This document shows, piece after piece, positions 49,401 through 62,600 of a DNA stretch of 64,000 bases. The first letter of the stretch is position 1, and each line of letters begins with the position of its first letter. The notes under the pieces were generated by a model, which saw only the letters and a list, made by a program, of their open reading frames with translations, had not been told where the DNA came from and did no database searches. The translations under genes were made by a program, and so were the position numbers. The DNA is from Octopus sinensis (taxonomy: Eukaryota), in contig NC_043020.1 in assembly GCF_006345805.1 (NCBI RefSeq), positions 4,712,001 through 4,776,000 on the forward strand, read 5' to 3'.

Positions 49401-50179
49401 CCTTTCTCTTTTTCTTTATCCAAGATGTGCCACAACGTCACATGTTCTACAAAATGTTTTTTTTTTTCTTCCATTTTTTTGTTCTTGAAATCGTGAAATA
49501 GTAATATCTTCGTTCCAGTGCCGCTGGGTGATATTGCAATCTCAACAGCGCCATAATAAAAACGGGTGCTACAAGACTTGTATCGAGATACCCGTCCATC
49601 ATACAGGTTTCAAACTTTGATAAAAAAAACCCAACAATTTTAGAGGAAGGATCCTCGAACGATGTCTGTTAATTAGGGTGTTTTCCCGCCGTTTTGTTCA
49701 CCTCTTTTCTCTTTTTCTTTATCCAAGATGTACAACAATGTTACCTGGCCTAGTGCATGTTCTTTTTTGTTTTCCTTTTAAGTTCTTGCAATCGCAAAAT
49801 AATAAAATGTTCCCTTTGGGACCTCGAGGCAATATTACAACATGAACAGATCCGCAATGAAGGCGGCTGCTGCAAGACTTGTAACAAGTTACCCATTCTT
49901 CATATTGGTTTCAAATTTTGAGACAGACCCACCAATTGTTGAGGAGTGAGTGAGTCAGTTACATTAAGTTAACTGGTATTGATAGCAAGAAACTTTCAAG
50001 GGAGCCGAAAAGCAGGTCTTCAGATAAGAAACCCTGATTTTCTTTGGAAAGTCTTTAACTTCTTACCATGTAAAGGGTCTGAGTTGCATCCAATTTATAA
50101 CTCACGTGTGCCTTTCTACTGACACTTTTTATCCACTTGGATATCAGGAACTTGTGCATTTCAAACACTTGGAGATTTC

Positions 50180-50185
50180 ATCGAG

Positions 50186-50216
<31 letters not shown>

Positions 50217-50452
50217 CTTCTTCTTCTCTTCTTCTTCTTCTTCTTCTTCTTCTTCTTCTTCTTCTTCTTCTCTTCTTCTTCTTCTTCTTCTTCTTCTCTT
50301 CTTCTCCTCCTTCTTCTTCTTCTTCTTCTTCTTCTTCTTCTTCTTCTCCTTCTTCTTCTCTTCTTCTTCTTCTTCTTCTCCTCCTCCTCCTTCTTCTTCT
50401 TCTTCTTCTTCTTCTTCTTCTCTCTCCTCCTCCTTCTTCTTCTTCTTCTTCT

Positions 50453-50487
<35 letters not shown>

Positions 50488-50490
50488 GGT
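50180..50490. repeat. (TTC)n microsatellite
   Basis: Directly visible. Confidence 0.95.
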
Positions 50491-51153
50491 AACTCCTCTC
50501 CGTTGACTCGTCAGTGAAACTTATATCTAGAAACGTTGAAAGGCAAAGACGATCTCAGCGGAATTTCAGCCCAGAAAAAAAAAAAACAAAAAAAAAACGG
50601 AAGAAACGCCGTTAAACATTTTGTCCAACTCACAGACAAATCTGCTACTGATAATAACCTTTTTAAAATGCGGCGAACTGGCAAAACCGTTAGCAGAACC
50701 GTTGTCCGGCGTATTAACGATTCTGTCAGTCCAATGACTTCTTCCACCCCTAATATTGTGTTAATCAATTTCTAAAATAATTTCAAAAAATATTCTCAGT
50801 TGACTCCCTATCATTTAGTTGATTTATTCCTTATTCAACAATGCGTACCTCATCCGTCATCACTTTAAGCATATTCGTTCTTCACTGTTCAACGCTAGAC
50901 TTGAGCCGGAAAGAATAGCTTCCAGTGTAACGATATCTCTTCCTAAATATTGTCATAGTATTAATGGCTTTAACAACGTTAAGGATATTGGTTAATCTAG
51001 TCTGCCGTGTTAACATTACTATCTAATAACTGCAGGTGTGGAGTGTTAGCAAAGAAAATCTATTTTGGTTCAAAGAAAATACGAAAAGCGCTTCTCCCAT
51101 CAACCAGGAGCGCTTCTGCGAAATACCGCCATTTTCATATACATGAACTCAAT

Positions 51154-51212
<59 letters not shown>

Positions 51213-51688
51213 CGCTCCCTCGCCGCTGTCTGTTCTTTCTCTTCGTCTCCATCTCTCTCTCTGTATACATGTAGAGGTTAGCACAGATATACGACTTACG
51301 GTAGACGCGGCGTTCGAATCATGCCGGTGGTGGTAGTGAACTCTTTTCTTCTCCTCTCCCACTTCCCCTTTCTCTCTCCCTCCTTTCTCCTGCTCATGCT
51401 CCTCCTGCCCCTCATGCTCCTCCTTTATTCTTTCTTTTAGTCTTTTGTGTCATCCATGCTGTAGCACAATCTGAAGGATTTTAGTCGAGCAAATCGACTC
51501 AAGTAATTATTCTTTAAGCCTATTACTTATTCTATCACTCTCTTCTGATGAACCGGGATGCAAACACACCAACAGCGGTTGTGAAGCGGTGACGATGGGG
51601 AGCAAATACAGACGCACGCACACACACATACACGCACACACACATACACGCACACACACATACACGCACATATATACAAACATACATA

Positions 51689-51722
<34 letters not shown>

Positions 51723-51979
51723 CCAGTATACAAATGTATTTTCCCCGCCAAAACTAATGCCACGCGGGTAAAATTCTTTGAGTAGGAGGTAACGCCACTC
51801 CTCCTGCGTATAACCGAAGTATTCACGTCGGTAAGCCGCTCCTATTTGCAACTTTTGAGCCCAGAGTACGGATGCGCAGTGCGCGTTCAACAAATTTTCC
51901 TTTTTCACGTAAGATGACTGAACGCCTCGCCAGGGGCATCGCCTTGAAACAAACACAGACACAAATACATACACGCACA

Positions 51980-52018
<39 letters not shown>

Positions 52019-53271
52019 ACACGTGACTGTAACTCAAAAATTTATGCAATTTAACTCAATTTCATAAATACAAAGGTGGGACAAAAGATAATGCAAATAA
52101 TTATTGCATTAGTTTCTGATTCACCTCCATGTGTGTGTGTGTGTAAATACGAGGGACTTCTTTTAGTTTTTGTCCACCAAATCCTTCACAAGAACTTTGG
52201 TCGGTCCAGGGCTATAGCAGAAGACACTTGCAATAAAAGTGCCCCGCAGTGGAACTGAACCTGGTACCATGTGTTTTCGAGAAGGTAAACCTCGTACCAC
52301 ACCGTTACATCTATACCTATAACAACGCCACGAATCTCGCATATGTGCTCCCTCGTTAGATCGTAAAAAGAACCCGCCGTGGAACTGAACCTGGTACCAT
52401 GTATTTTCGAGAAGCAAACCTCGTACCACACCGTTACATCTATACCTATAACCACGCCACGAATCTCGCAAATGTGCTCCCTCGTTAGATCGTAAAATGT
52501 TACGTTTTATAATTATTTACGAAACGCCGATGTTGAAATGAATTGTAATAGCCTGAAAATTGCTAAGAGCCATTGACAGTTCCGAATTTACAAGTTGATT
52601 CAATTAGCAATAAACAGTTTGAAAGATTTACGTAAAAGTGAGAATTTTTCGCTTAGATATAAAACCATGACGCTATCTTTTCTATTCCAGCTTTCAGAGT
52701 GGTTAGTTCTCTTATGATATCGTAACCACGAAACCATAACAGTTTGTTCATCGAATATTACATATAGAATAAATGGCTCTCTTAAAAAACCCAGAGATTT
52801 CTATAAATGATTGCAGTGACTAAGTTGTATTTTATGTTCTCGATGCAAAGATGTATGTCGGAAAAGTGCTACCTGTCCAATAAAACTAATATCAGCCATT
52901 TAGCTCTTGTTCCTCTGTTTTGTTTTGTATTTTAAATTACTATCTGCTCTCTGGATTTCTAGTTGGGAGAGATTTTATAGTTGCAGATACCTGTTAGAGT
53001 GGAAATGCATAGAGTAGGGGCAAGGAGATTGCATTCATAATTACAAAATCATGGTTTTGTTTCCTGGACGGGTTGCGAGTTTTATTCTTGAGAAAAACAA
53101 TTCTCTTTTCACGTTGCTCCAGTTCACTTAGCCGTAAGTGGATAAACCTGCAGCGAACTGACATCCCGTTTATGTGGAGTGTTTTGCTCACGGATACTTA
53201 TATATCACGGAGACTGGGTAAGCGGCACGATGAGTCCTACGACTTGAGACAGTAATGTCCAGGGAAATTAT

Positions 53272-53309
<38 letters not shown>

Positions 53310-53333
53310 GCATACAGACACGTGTTTACATGC

Positions 53334-53386
<53 letters not shown>

Positions 53387-53453
53387 ACCGCGTGTATACC
53401 GTTGGCGATATTTTTCCTCCGTCTTCCCTTCTCTGGATCTTTCCTTCTCCTAT

Positions 53454-53488
53454 GTTTCCGACGAAGAGCTCCGCTTGAAACGTTAAAC
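53454..53488 (+). ncRNA. Degenerate minimal hammerhead motif (Penelope-like relic)
   Basis: GTTT-CCGACGA-A-GAGC(TCC)GCTT-GAAAC-GTT-AAAC. Helix I has 4 bp and helix III is the palindrome AACGTT; the core carries U4 to C. Confidence 0.5.
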
Positions 53489-53586
53489 CCTCCTTCTTTC
53501 CTGAGCGTCCAATAATACTATATTTGTTCCACGTCCTCGTGTTGTTGTGTTTTTTGTGCTTTCATGTTTGGATTAACTTTATACAC

Positions 53587-53639
<53 letters not shown>

Positions 53640-54109
53640 GTGTAATAAATAAAATATATGCATACATACAAACATATATGTACGACCTACATCTACATGT
53701 ATATATACATGTATATATAAATATATATACACGTGAGTACAGGACACCACAACTAGACGTAGAACTCAACGAGAAACGAAAAACGAAAACGGAAAAACCA
53801 TTTTTTTACAACAGAAAAACAAGTACAGGACATACTACTCAAGGAAAAATCCCCTATCATCAGCTGTCACTAGTTCGGCTCTAGCGTGTTTCGAAGGCAA
53901 GACAGGACACGACTCGCTAAAGAAGTCCTTCCTGCGAGAAGAATTAAAACAAAATTGCCTCGCAGAGGAGTAAAAACAAGCAAGGAAAAAATGTATCACA
54001 AACAGGACGTAAAAACGTTACGAATAAGACTACAAAATAAAATACAAGATAAAAATATATGTACAAGAAAATACAATACGAGAAATAAAAAGAAAATACA
54101 ATACGAGTT

Positions 54110-54214
54110 CAGTCCCACTGCGTGGCATCTTGGGCAAGTGTCTTCTGCTATAGCCTAGGGCCGACCAATGCCTTGTGAGTGGATTTGGTAGATGGAAACT
54201 GAAAGAGGCCTGTC

Positions 54215-54269
<55 letters not shown>

Positions 54270-54490
54270 GTAGTGTGTGTGTGTTTGTGTGTCTGTGTTT
54301 GTCCCCCTAGCATGCTTGACAACCGATGCTAGGGTGTTTACATCCCCGTCACTTAGCGGTTCGGCAAAAGAGACCGATAGAATAAGTACTGGGCTTACTA
54401 AAAATAAGTCCCGGGGTTGATTTGCTCGACTAAAAGGTGGTGCTCTAGTATGGCCGCAGTCTAATGACTGAAACAAGTAAAAGAGAGTAA
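54110..54490 (+). mobile_element. SINE (same family as 48990) with internal (TA)n
   Basis: AGTCCCACTGCGTGGCATCTTGGGCAAG...GCCGCAGTCTAATGACTGAAACAAGTAAAAG. Confidence 0.85.
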
Positions 54491-54539
54491 AAAAGTATGT
54501 GTATCACCGCATATCTTTATCGCTTTCTCTCCAGGGAGT

Positions 54540-54960
54540 AGACCTTTAGTTTTTGCAGCCTCTCAAGCTAGCTCATGTGCTTAACTGAGCCATTCTCGTT
54601 TTGTAGTGGCACTGGATTGCCTCAAGTTCAACACCAATCTGTCCCTCTTGGTGACCACAGTTGGGACCAGTAATCCAGATTCCTGAGGACAACTGATCTC
54701 CATAGAAGTAGCAAAGTTTCCTTATTTCTGTTCCTGAATGATCTAAGGATCCATCCACTTACTCACCAGCAGTGTTGCTATCTTGGCAATATGCACATGT
54801 AACGGTGCATCACTACTCATGTGGATTCCCAGGTCATACACCGGTTCTAACTCTGGGATTTCTCTGACCTCTGCGCCTATGTATTCCGATTGTAGTCTGT
54901 GGGCCGATAGCGGGGCACTTGAAACTTACCGGCATTGAACTGCATGTTATTTGCATCAGC
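54540..54960 (-). mobile_element. CR1-group LINE reverse-transcriptase fragment (decayed)
   Basis: Minus-strand ADANNMQFNAGKFQV and HMSSDAPLHVHIAKIA, plus MDYWSQLWSP. Confidence 0.7.
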
Positions 54961-55258
54961 ACATTTATATATATATATATAACATATATATATAAAACAA
55001 GTAGAAAGATAAACTTTTTCCAGCAAGTAAATATGGAACAGTACATATAAAGGATGAAATCTTTTTAAGAGCAGAAAAATCTGCCGGCAATAAGCCGTGA
55101 GTATCAGCCGTGAGGATCGAACTCACCTCTTCGAATAACCGGCTAGTGCTCTAACCCTTTAAGCCAAACTGCCAACTGGTGAAAACATATGTATATATAT
55201 ACATATATATTATATATATATATATTATATATTATATATATATATATATACATATACA

Positions 55259-55296
<38 letters not shown>

Positions 55297-55766
55297 AACA
55301 TACATATATATACCCTATTATATATATGTATATATATATGTATTATATATGTGTTTTATATATATAATATTATATATATATATATATATATATAATATAT
55401 TATATATACCATATATCATATATCATATATCCATATATTTTTATAATAGTAGTATAGAAATTAGACCAACATCACGGCAGCTAATAACTTCTCCTCTATG
55501 AAACACGAATTTCCAAATATGATTTTCATCATTTTTATATGAAGATAAATCTGATTATAAACTGACATACTCCGGCAGCCATATTGAGATCGGATAAGTT
55601 TTTATTTTTATTCTTCTTACCATTCCTGTCTATTACGTGACAGCAAGCACATTAGGAATTATATTCTTGCATATTTGATTCCACGGTGCCATTTATAACG
55701 ACTTGACTCGTATCTGAAAGATAGATAGAAAACACACACAAACCAACTGCTAGCACAATAGACAAG

Positions 55767-55817
<51 letters not shown>

Positions 55818-56410
55818 CATCATCATCATCATCATCGTCATCATCGTGAGCATCATCTTCATCATCACCATCATCATCATCATCATCATCACCACCATCA
55901 TCAACCATCATCATCATCACCATCATCATCATCATTATCATCATCATCATCAATCATCATCATCATCTTCACCATCATCATTATTATCATTACCATTAGT
56001 ATAAAGGAATAAGATTCATAATAATAGTAATAAAAGTGATGATAATAACAACAGCAGCAACAACAACAACAGCAACAACAACAAGAAGAAGAACAATAAT
56101 AATAATAAATGCCCTGATGCAGTGCCAGGCAGTGGCTCTCATGGCTTCTGATCTTAACTGATTGGAAGTGTTATCATCTACATTGTTTTGTCTTGGTATA
56201 AAAGATGGGCTGCAGCGAATATTCTGCTCAATACCACAGATTTGCTTGTCAGTTGTTTGACCTTAACCAGTTGACCAATGTCCCTTAGTGGTCGATGATA
56301 TGTGCATCTCTGATCACGAGCAGAAGTAGTGGGGGAGTATCCTAGCCACGTGTTGAAAGGAATTCTTTGGGGTTTGAATAATTAAGGCATTGTACCTATA
56401 TGAGAAAATA

Positions 56411-57015
56411 TTATTATTATTGAGTGAGAGAGCAGTGCATGCCATCAAAGTGACACTCGGGTAAAATATACGAAGCCGAGTATACCCATCATGACTACCC
56501 GTCTGATAAGGGTACACCAGGCACATGCATCACAACCATATGTGTGTGACATGGTGATCTCATATCAAGATAAACAGCGCATGACCTTGCAGGTGGAGCC
56601 CAATTAGAATTTTCTTCTGGTCAAGTAACCCATCCCGTTCAAAAGGTCCCCGAATAAGGATTGTTTAAAGATGTTGAACGAACCACCCATGTTTCCAAAG
56701 GTGAATTATCCAAACCTCAAAGGATTCCTTTGAACAATTAAGTGTTTCGTTTAACATCCTTAAACAGTCCTTATTCAGGGACCTATTAAACGGAATGGGC
56801 TACTCGACCAGAAGAAAATTCTAACTGGGTCCCACCTGCAAGGTCATGTGCTGTTTATCTTGATATGAGATCACCATGTCGCGCACATATGGTTGTGATG
56901 CATGTGCCTGGTGTACCCTTATCAGACGTGTAGTCATGATGGGTATACTGGGCTTGTATATTTTACCCCAGTGTCACTTTGATGGCATGAACTGCTCTCC
57001 ACTCAATAATAATAA
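56411..57015. repeat. ~600-bp palindrome formed by two inverted copies of one interspersed repeat
   Basis: Arms at about 56411-56685 and 56743-57015 are near reverse complements. Single copies occur at about 38340-38450 and 40660-40920. Confidence 0.9.
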
Positions 57016-57028
57016 TAATAATATCATA

Positions 57029-57092
<64 letters not shown>

Positions 57093-58085
57093 TATTATTA
57101 TTATTATCTATTATTATTATTAGTATTATTATTATTATGGTGTAGTGAGCAACTGATACCTGAACATTGGTGCCAGGACAAAAGGTTTAACGCCATTTAG
57201 TTAATTTTTTGCATTGCTGAGATCAGAGGTCGAATTTGCCTTTCATCCTTTCCTGGTCGATGAAACAAGTACCAGTTGAACGGTTTTGGGGGTAGGGTGT
57301 AGATGTAATCGGCTAGCCTCCGTCCCCGAAAATTCTGACCATGTGACTATAGTATAAAGGAATATTTTTATTACTCTCCTCCCACTTCTCCATTTTCTCC
57401 TCTTCCCCATCGCTGCCCCTCCTTCTCCTCTTCCTCATCTACTTCTTCCCCCTCTTCCTCCCCTTCCACTTCCTGCTCCCCCTCTTCCTGCTCTTCCTCT
57501 TCCTCCTCCTCCTCTTCTCCATCCCCTTCCTGCTCTTCCTCTTCCCGCTCCTCCTCTTCTTCCTCCGCCCCGCCTCCTCGCCTTCCTCCTCCTCCGCATT
57601 ATTTTATTTGTCATCAGCGTAGAGAATCAATAATTCAGATGCCTAGATGCGTCGCCGGGGTATTATCGCAAAATATGCATGTGTGTGTGTGTGTGTGTGT
57701 TGCTGGTGGTGGTGGTGGGGTGTAGTGGTGAATATTCGGATATGTAAGACATGTAAAATCGCGATGCAATACAAATGGATTTGATCGATATAATACGTTG
57801 ATGTCGTAAATAATTGATAAGCAGATCAATGCAAAGCGTAGCTGATGCTTTCGTAATTGTATTCAGTTTAGGTTTTAGACAGAAGAATCAAATTTCTCAG
57901 GCTTCTACGAAGCAGACGACAGAAATACGTTGCCTTATCTTGACAGGCGACAATTATATGGAAAACATGCAGAATGAGGCTTCTAATAGCTTCGTATTTG
58001 CATACATACATGCATACGCAAATACAATACCTAGAAATAAGCATATACTGTACATATACATGACTATATACATAGATAGATACAT

Positions 58086-58123
<38 letters not shown>

Positions 58124-58125
58124 GT

Positions 58126-58161
<36 letters not shown>

Positions 58162-58184
58162 CATGTGTGTGTGTATGGTAAAAA

Positions 58185-58300
58185 TATTGCTTTCAAACCA
58201 CATGGTTCCGGGTTCAATCCCCATAGTCTCGGGCTGACGAAACCCTTGTGAGTGGATTTATTAGAGGGGAAACTGGAAGAAGCCCGTCATATATATATAT

Positions 58301-58335
<35 letters not shown>

Positions 58336-58550
58336 CTTTGTGTGTGTGCCTTTTTGTCCTCTCTTCACCGCTTGACATCATGTATTGGTGTGTTTATGTA
58401 TTCGCAAGTTAGCGGTTCAGCAAAAAGAACCGATAGAATGAGTAGTAAGACTTACAAAATATGTCCTAGGGTCGATTTGTTCTATTAAAATTTTTCAAGG
58501 CGCTGCTCCAAAATGGCCACAGTGGAATGAGAGAAACAAGTAAAAGAATT
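58185..58550 (+). mobile_element. SINE (same family as 48990)
   Basis: CCACATGGTTCCGGGTTCAATCCC...GCGGTTCAGCAAAAAGAACCGATAGAATG. Confidence 0.8.
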
Positions 58551-59232
58551 TATATATTCGGATATTCCATAAAAAATACATTTTTATTTACACGTCTTTT
58601 ATTCTTCAAAATTAAGATAAACAAAGTTCTTTTTTAATCTGAAATATACTCCCCTTCATTTTCTACAATGCTCTTTCATCTATCTGGTAGATTTGCAAGG
58701 CCCCCCTCTTCCATAATTTATTTGTCCTTGACGAAAAACACTCCTCCAGTAATATATTTGTGTATAGGTATACAAGCATACATATAAGTACTTATACGCA
58801 CGCATTGCACACTCGACTACGCGTATGTGCGCGCGCGAGCGCGCGCGTGTGTGTGTGTATGTGTATCTATGTGTGCGTGTGTGTGCTTTTGCATATTCGT
58901 TTCATTTTATTACACATTAGTAAGAAAAAATCGCTAGACGGAAACTGATAAATTATTGAATTAGTGGCAATTGTTCTCCTACTGAGTAAGCACAGAGTCA
59001 TGCCATGTATATTCACACATTCACACATACATGCATACATAGTTATACCCGCACACACATGCACATACACATATACACATATACATGTATATAATTCACC
59101 AGAAGCTGCTTAGTGATAATCCAGAATTCTCTCTTTAGAAAATTATATTGATGACACACATACACACACACACACACACATATATATATATGTATATATA
59201 TCTGTATGTGTGTCTCTGTGTGTGTATGTGTT

Positions 59233-59287
<55 letters not shown>

Positions 59288-59877
59288 TTATTTATGTTTA
59301 TATTTTTGATAGCTCTCTGACATAATAATTACTTTTATTGTGAAGCGTACAGGTGTTGCAACCGCAGAGACATCAATTCTTCATCTCCCTTTGATATAGT
59401 TGTCCGTGGTTGCCATAGAAATGTATAAATTGGTAACATCATCACTGCCGGAACCATGGAATTAAATAAAAATAACCAACCTCTTCCTTATTACAGATCT
59501 AACTACAAGGCTACAATTTGATGCGAGGTGCTGAATGGACCTCTTATACGGCTTCCAGAAATCCGGAACTTCCTGGAATCTGGGGATACTGTGTTGTACC
59601 TTGCAATATACTGTAGCATGTATTGAGTACACAGACCCTGTTTTTGAAGCTGAATACTTTTTTTCTTTACATTGTAAAGTAGTTTGATAAAGAATAAACA
59701 TATTCTGTTTTAGAAGTAAATAAATTTGTCTCCGTATCTGTTAAATAAAATCATGTTTTTCGCTTTTATTTATTTAATTTTTCGGCTATACACATTATGC
59801 GGTAGAATGTCGTATATTTTAAGCAGATTAATAGATATGAAGATCCAGACATAGAAGTCTATTAATTTATATCTGTA

Positions 59878-60262
59878 CTAGCAGTATCGCCCGGCGTTGC
59901 TAGGGTTTGTTTCGATTCTTTAGAATTGGAATTTTTGAAAAGTAAAAATTTTGCATTACGTAGTTTGTTATTCTCCTTAATTGAACATTTTTTCTGATTG
60001 AAGTACACCGAAAAATGGCAACTCAGCAGTCAAAAATTCGTAAAAAATAGAGATTTTCATAGAAAAAAAAGCACCATTTTGATGTAAATAATTTTTGGTG
60101 TTAACATGGTCCGATTTGAATTTTTTCTGCTACGGATGGAAGAGCAAGCCTTCTATCATACTCTCAATTTTGGTCAACAGGCGACGCAGGGTCACGGAGG
60201 AAATAGTGTTAGTTGAAGGCTACCAAACCTTCCACACACACACACAGCTTTATATATATAGA
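59878..60262 (-). mobile_element. Non-autonomous Helitron
   Basis: A|TC 5-prime end, CCCTAGCAACGCCGGG hairpin and CTAG|T 3-prime end. Same termini as the copy at 38539. Confidence 0.85.
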
Positions 60263-60289
60263 TGTCCAAATTGTAATGGTAATAGAATT

Positions 60290-61360
60290 TCGAACTGACA
60301 ATCTGTCAATGTTGAAGCATCTCAGGGTAAACAATATTCATTGTGTAATTTTATGTCGGTTTCGAAATGAATAATTTATTGCTGCTTCCAACTCGCGAGC
60401 AAGCAGCGGAGAGTTGGCCGTGAGAAAAGCATGTAGAAGAGAGATCAAGTTTAAGTACCTTGGCGGATTGACCTTGAGATTTGTTAATTAAAATATCAAA
60501 ACTTAGTTTGACTGGAAACTAAAGCGTCTAAAATTCAAATGGAGCATCTGTAGGTATGAGACGAATTTTTGGAATAAAGACATTTTCTCTTTTGTGACTA
60601 CTTCCTATGATTGTTGCCTCTAGGACATGGAAAGCGTCTTGGAGATGAACATGATATTTAGACCTTAACGGTTTTTGATAGTTACGAATGTAGAGGAGAC
60701 GCTGATTCTCAACTTTAGCATTCATATCAACCAGGTGCTGCTGAAATTGATCGCGATACATGTGTAATTGATTTGATTGTTCTGGTCTTAACATCGGTTG
60801 GTAAGAACAGAAGTCATTTGGAGGCACATGGCCTAGTGGTTAGAGCAGTGGAATCGCGGTCGAGGGATCGCGGGTTCGAATCTCAGAACGGGCGATGTGT
60901 GTGTTTATGAGCGAAACACCTAAGCTCCATGCGGCTCCGGCAGAAGGTAATGGCGAACTTCTGCTGACTCTTTCGCCACAACTTTCTCTCACTCTTTTCT
61001 CCTCCTGCATCTAGCATCTCACTTGCGACGGACCGGCGTCCCGTCCAAGTGGGGAACCTATACGCCAAGATGTTTGTCCCCTCTATGTTTAGCCCCTTGT
61101 GGGCAATAAAGAAATAATGAATAGAAGTCATTTGACGACACCTTTTAGTTTATAATTGTTTCTCCTTTTGCAGATTCAACCTGCGGAATATTGAAATGAT
61201 ACCATGTCTTGTCCATTCTGCAAAATAAGAGAATACTGGAGAGCAGCGTAAGAGGGACGAGTCTCTGAAACATGTTTAAGATTCTTATCTCGAGCACGAA
61301 TGAGAATATCCCGACTTTAATGACCGCACATCGTGCGTAAAATGTCACTTACTATAGTTT
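60290..61360 (-). mobile_element. Internally deleted autonomous Helitron (Rep and PIF1 helicase remnants) interrupted by a SINE
   Basis: Rep-side QQHLVDMNAKVENQRLLYIRNYQKPLRSKYHVHLQDA joins the helicase C-terminus ATIIGSSHKRENVFIPKIRLIPTDAPFEF, followed by INKSQGQS and CFSHGQLSAACSRVG. Confidence 0.85.
60821..61122 (+). mobile_element. tRNA-derived SINE with 12-bp TSD and a Tx1-like 3-prime tail
   Basis: Head GGCACATGGCCTAGTGGTTAGAGCAG...GGGTTCGAATC. TSD AGAAGTCATTTG at 60809-60820 and 61123-61134. Confidence 0.85.
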
Positions 61361-62031
61361 ACTATAGATGTAACGAACGCGGAAACACACACGCACTCAA
61401 AGATAGACGCTCATACACATATGTGTATGTATGTGTAGATGTGTGTGTGTGTGTGTCTGTGTGTGTTGTGTGTGTGAGAGAGAGAGAGAGAGAGTTTAAT
61501 TGTCTGACGCCTAACATATAAAACTTATCACACATACACCTCTGAATACACTCACATACATATACTAAAACAGACAAGGGCATACATTCACGCACACCTC
61601 AGGACTATCTCCATCTGTGTGTGGTGTGTCTCTATTTAGGTGTGTGTATATATATATGTGTGTGGGGGTCAGTCGTCACAAAATGTATGTATACTGATAC
61701 ACACATACACCCTCACATACACTCACACACCCATACTTCTCAGTCATCGGCCTAACGTACGTAACGAACGCGCAAAAACACACACACACTCACAGACACA
61801 TGCAAACTCATATAGAAAATGTGACGTCGTGGTAGTGGTAGTGGTGGTGGTATAAATGTCGTTTACGATAGTTGACTTATAGAAAAGATTATGATGTTAA
61901 ATTTATGCGATGCAAATATATGTAAATGAAAATGAAATTCATTTGGTAGCCGAAAGGTTACTGAATCTTTTGATATCCCATACGTCTAAATCGGTAAATA
62001 AGTTTTCGAATGCATAAGGAATATACGCACG

Positions 62032-62067
<36 letters not shown>

Positions 62068-62079
62068 TTGATATACTCT

Positions 62080-62392
62080 TTTACTCTTTTAATTGTTTCA
62101 GTCATTTGACTGCGGCCATGCTGGAGCACCGCCTTTAGTCGACCAAATCGACCCCAGAACTTATTCTTTGGAAGCCTAGTAATTATTCTCTCGGTTCTTT
62201 TGCCGAACCGCTAAGTTGCGGGGACGTAAACACACCAGCATCGGTTGTCAAGCGATATTGGGAGGGACAAACACAGACACAACATATATATATACATACA
62301 TACATATGTATATTATATATATATATATCAATATATGTATATATATATATATAATATATATATATGTATATATATATATACATATATATATC

Positions 62393-62448
<56 letters not shown>

Positions 62449-62600
62449 GACGGGCTTCTTTCACTTTCCGTCTACGAAATCCACTCACAAGGCCCGAGGC
62501 TATAATAGAAGACACTTCCCCGATGTGCTACGCAGTGGGACTGAACCCGGAACCGTGTGGTTGGTAAGCAAGCTACTTACCACACACACAGTCACTCCTG
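62080..62600 (-). mobile_element. SINE (same family as 48990) with internal (TA)n
   Basis: TTGTTTCAGTCATTTGACTGCGGCCATGCTGGAGCACC...GGGACTGAACCCGGAACCGTGTGGTTGGTAAGCAAGCTACTTACC. Confidence 0.9.

Noticed and set aside
53222-53262. Hammerhead-like ACGATGA-GTC(CTAC)GAC-TTGAGAC...GTC, and similar hits at 24675 and 28835
   Set aside because: Too many core mismatches and no helix I.
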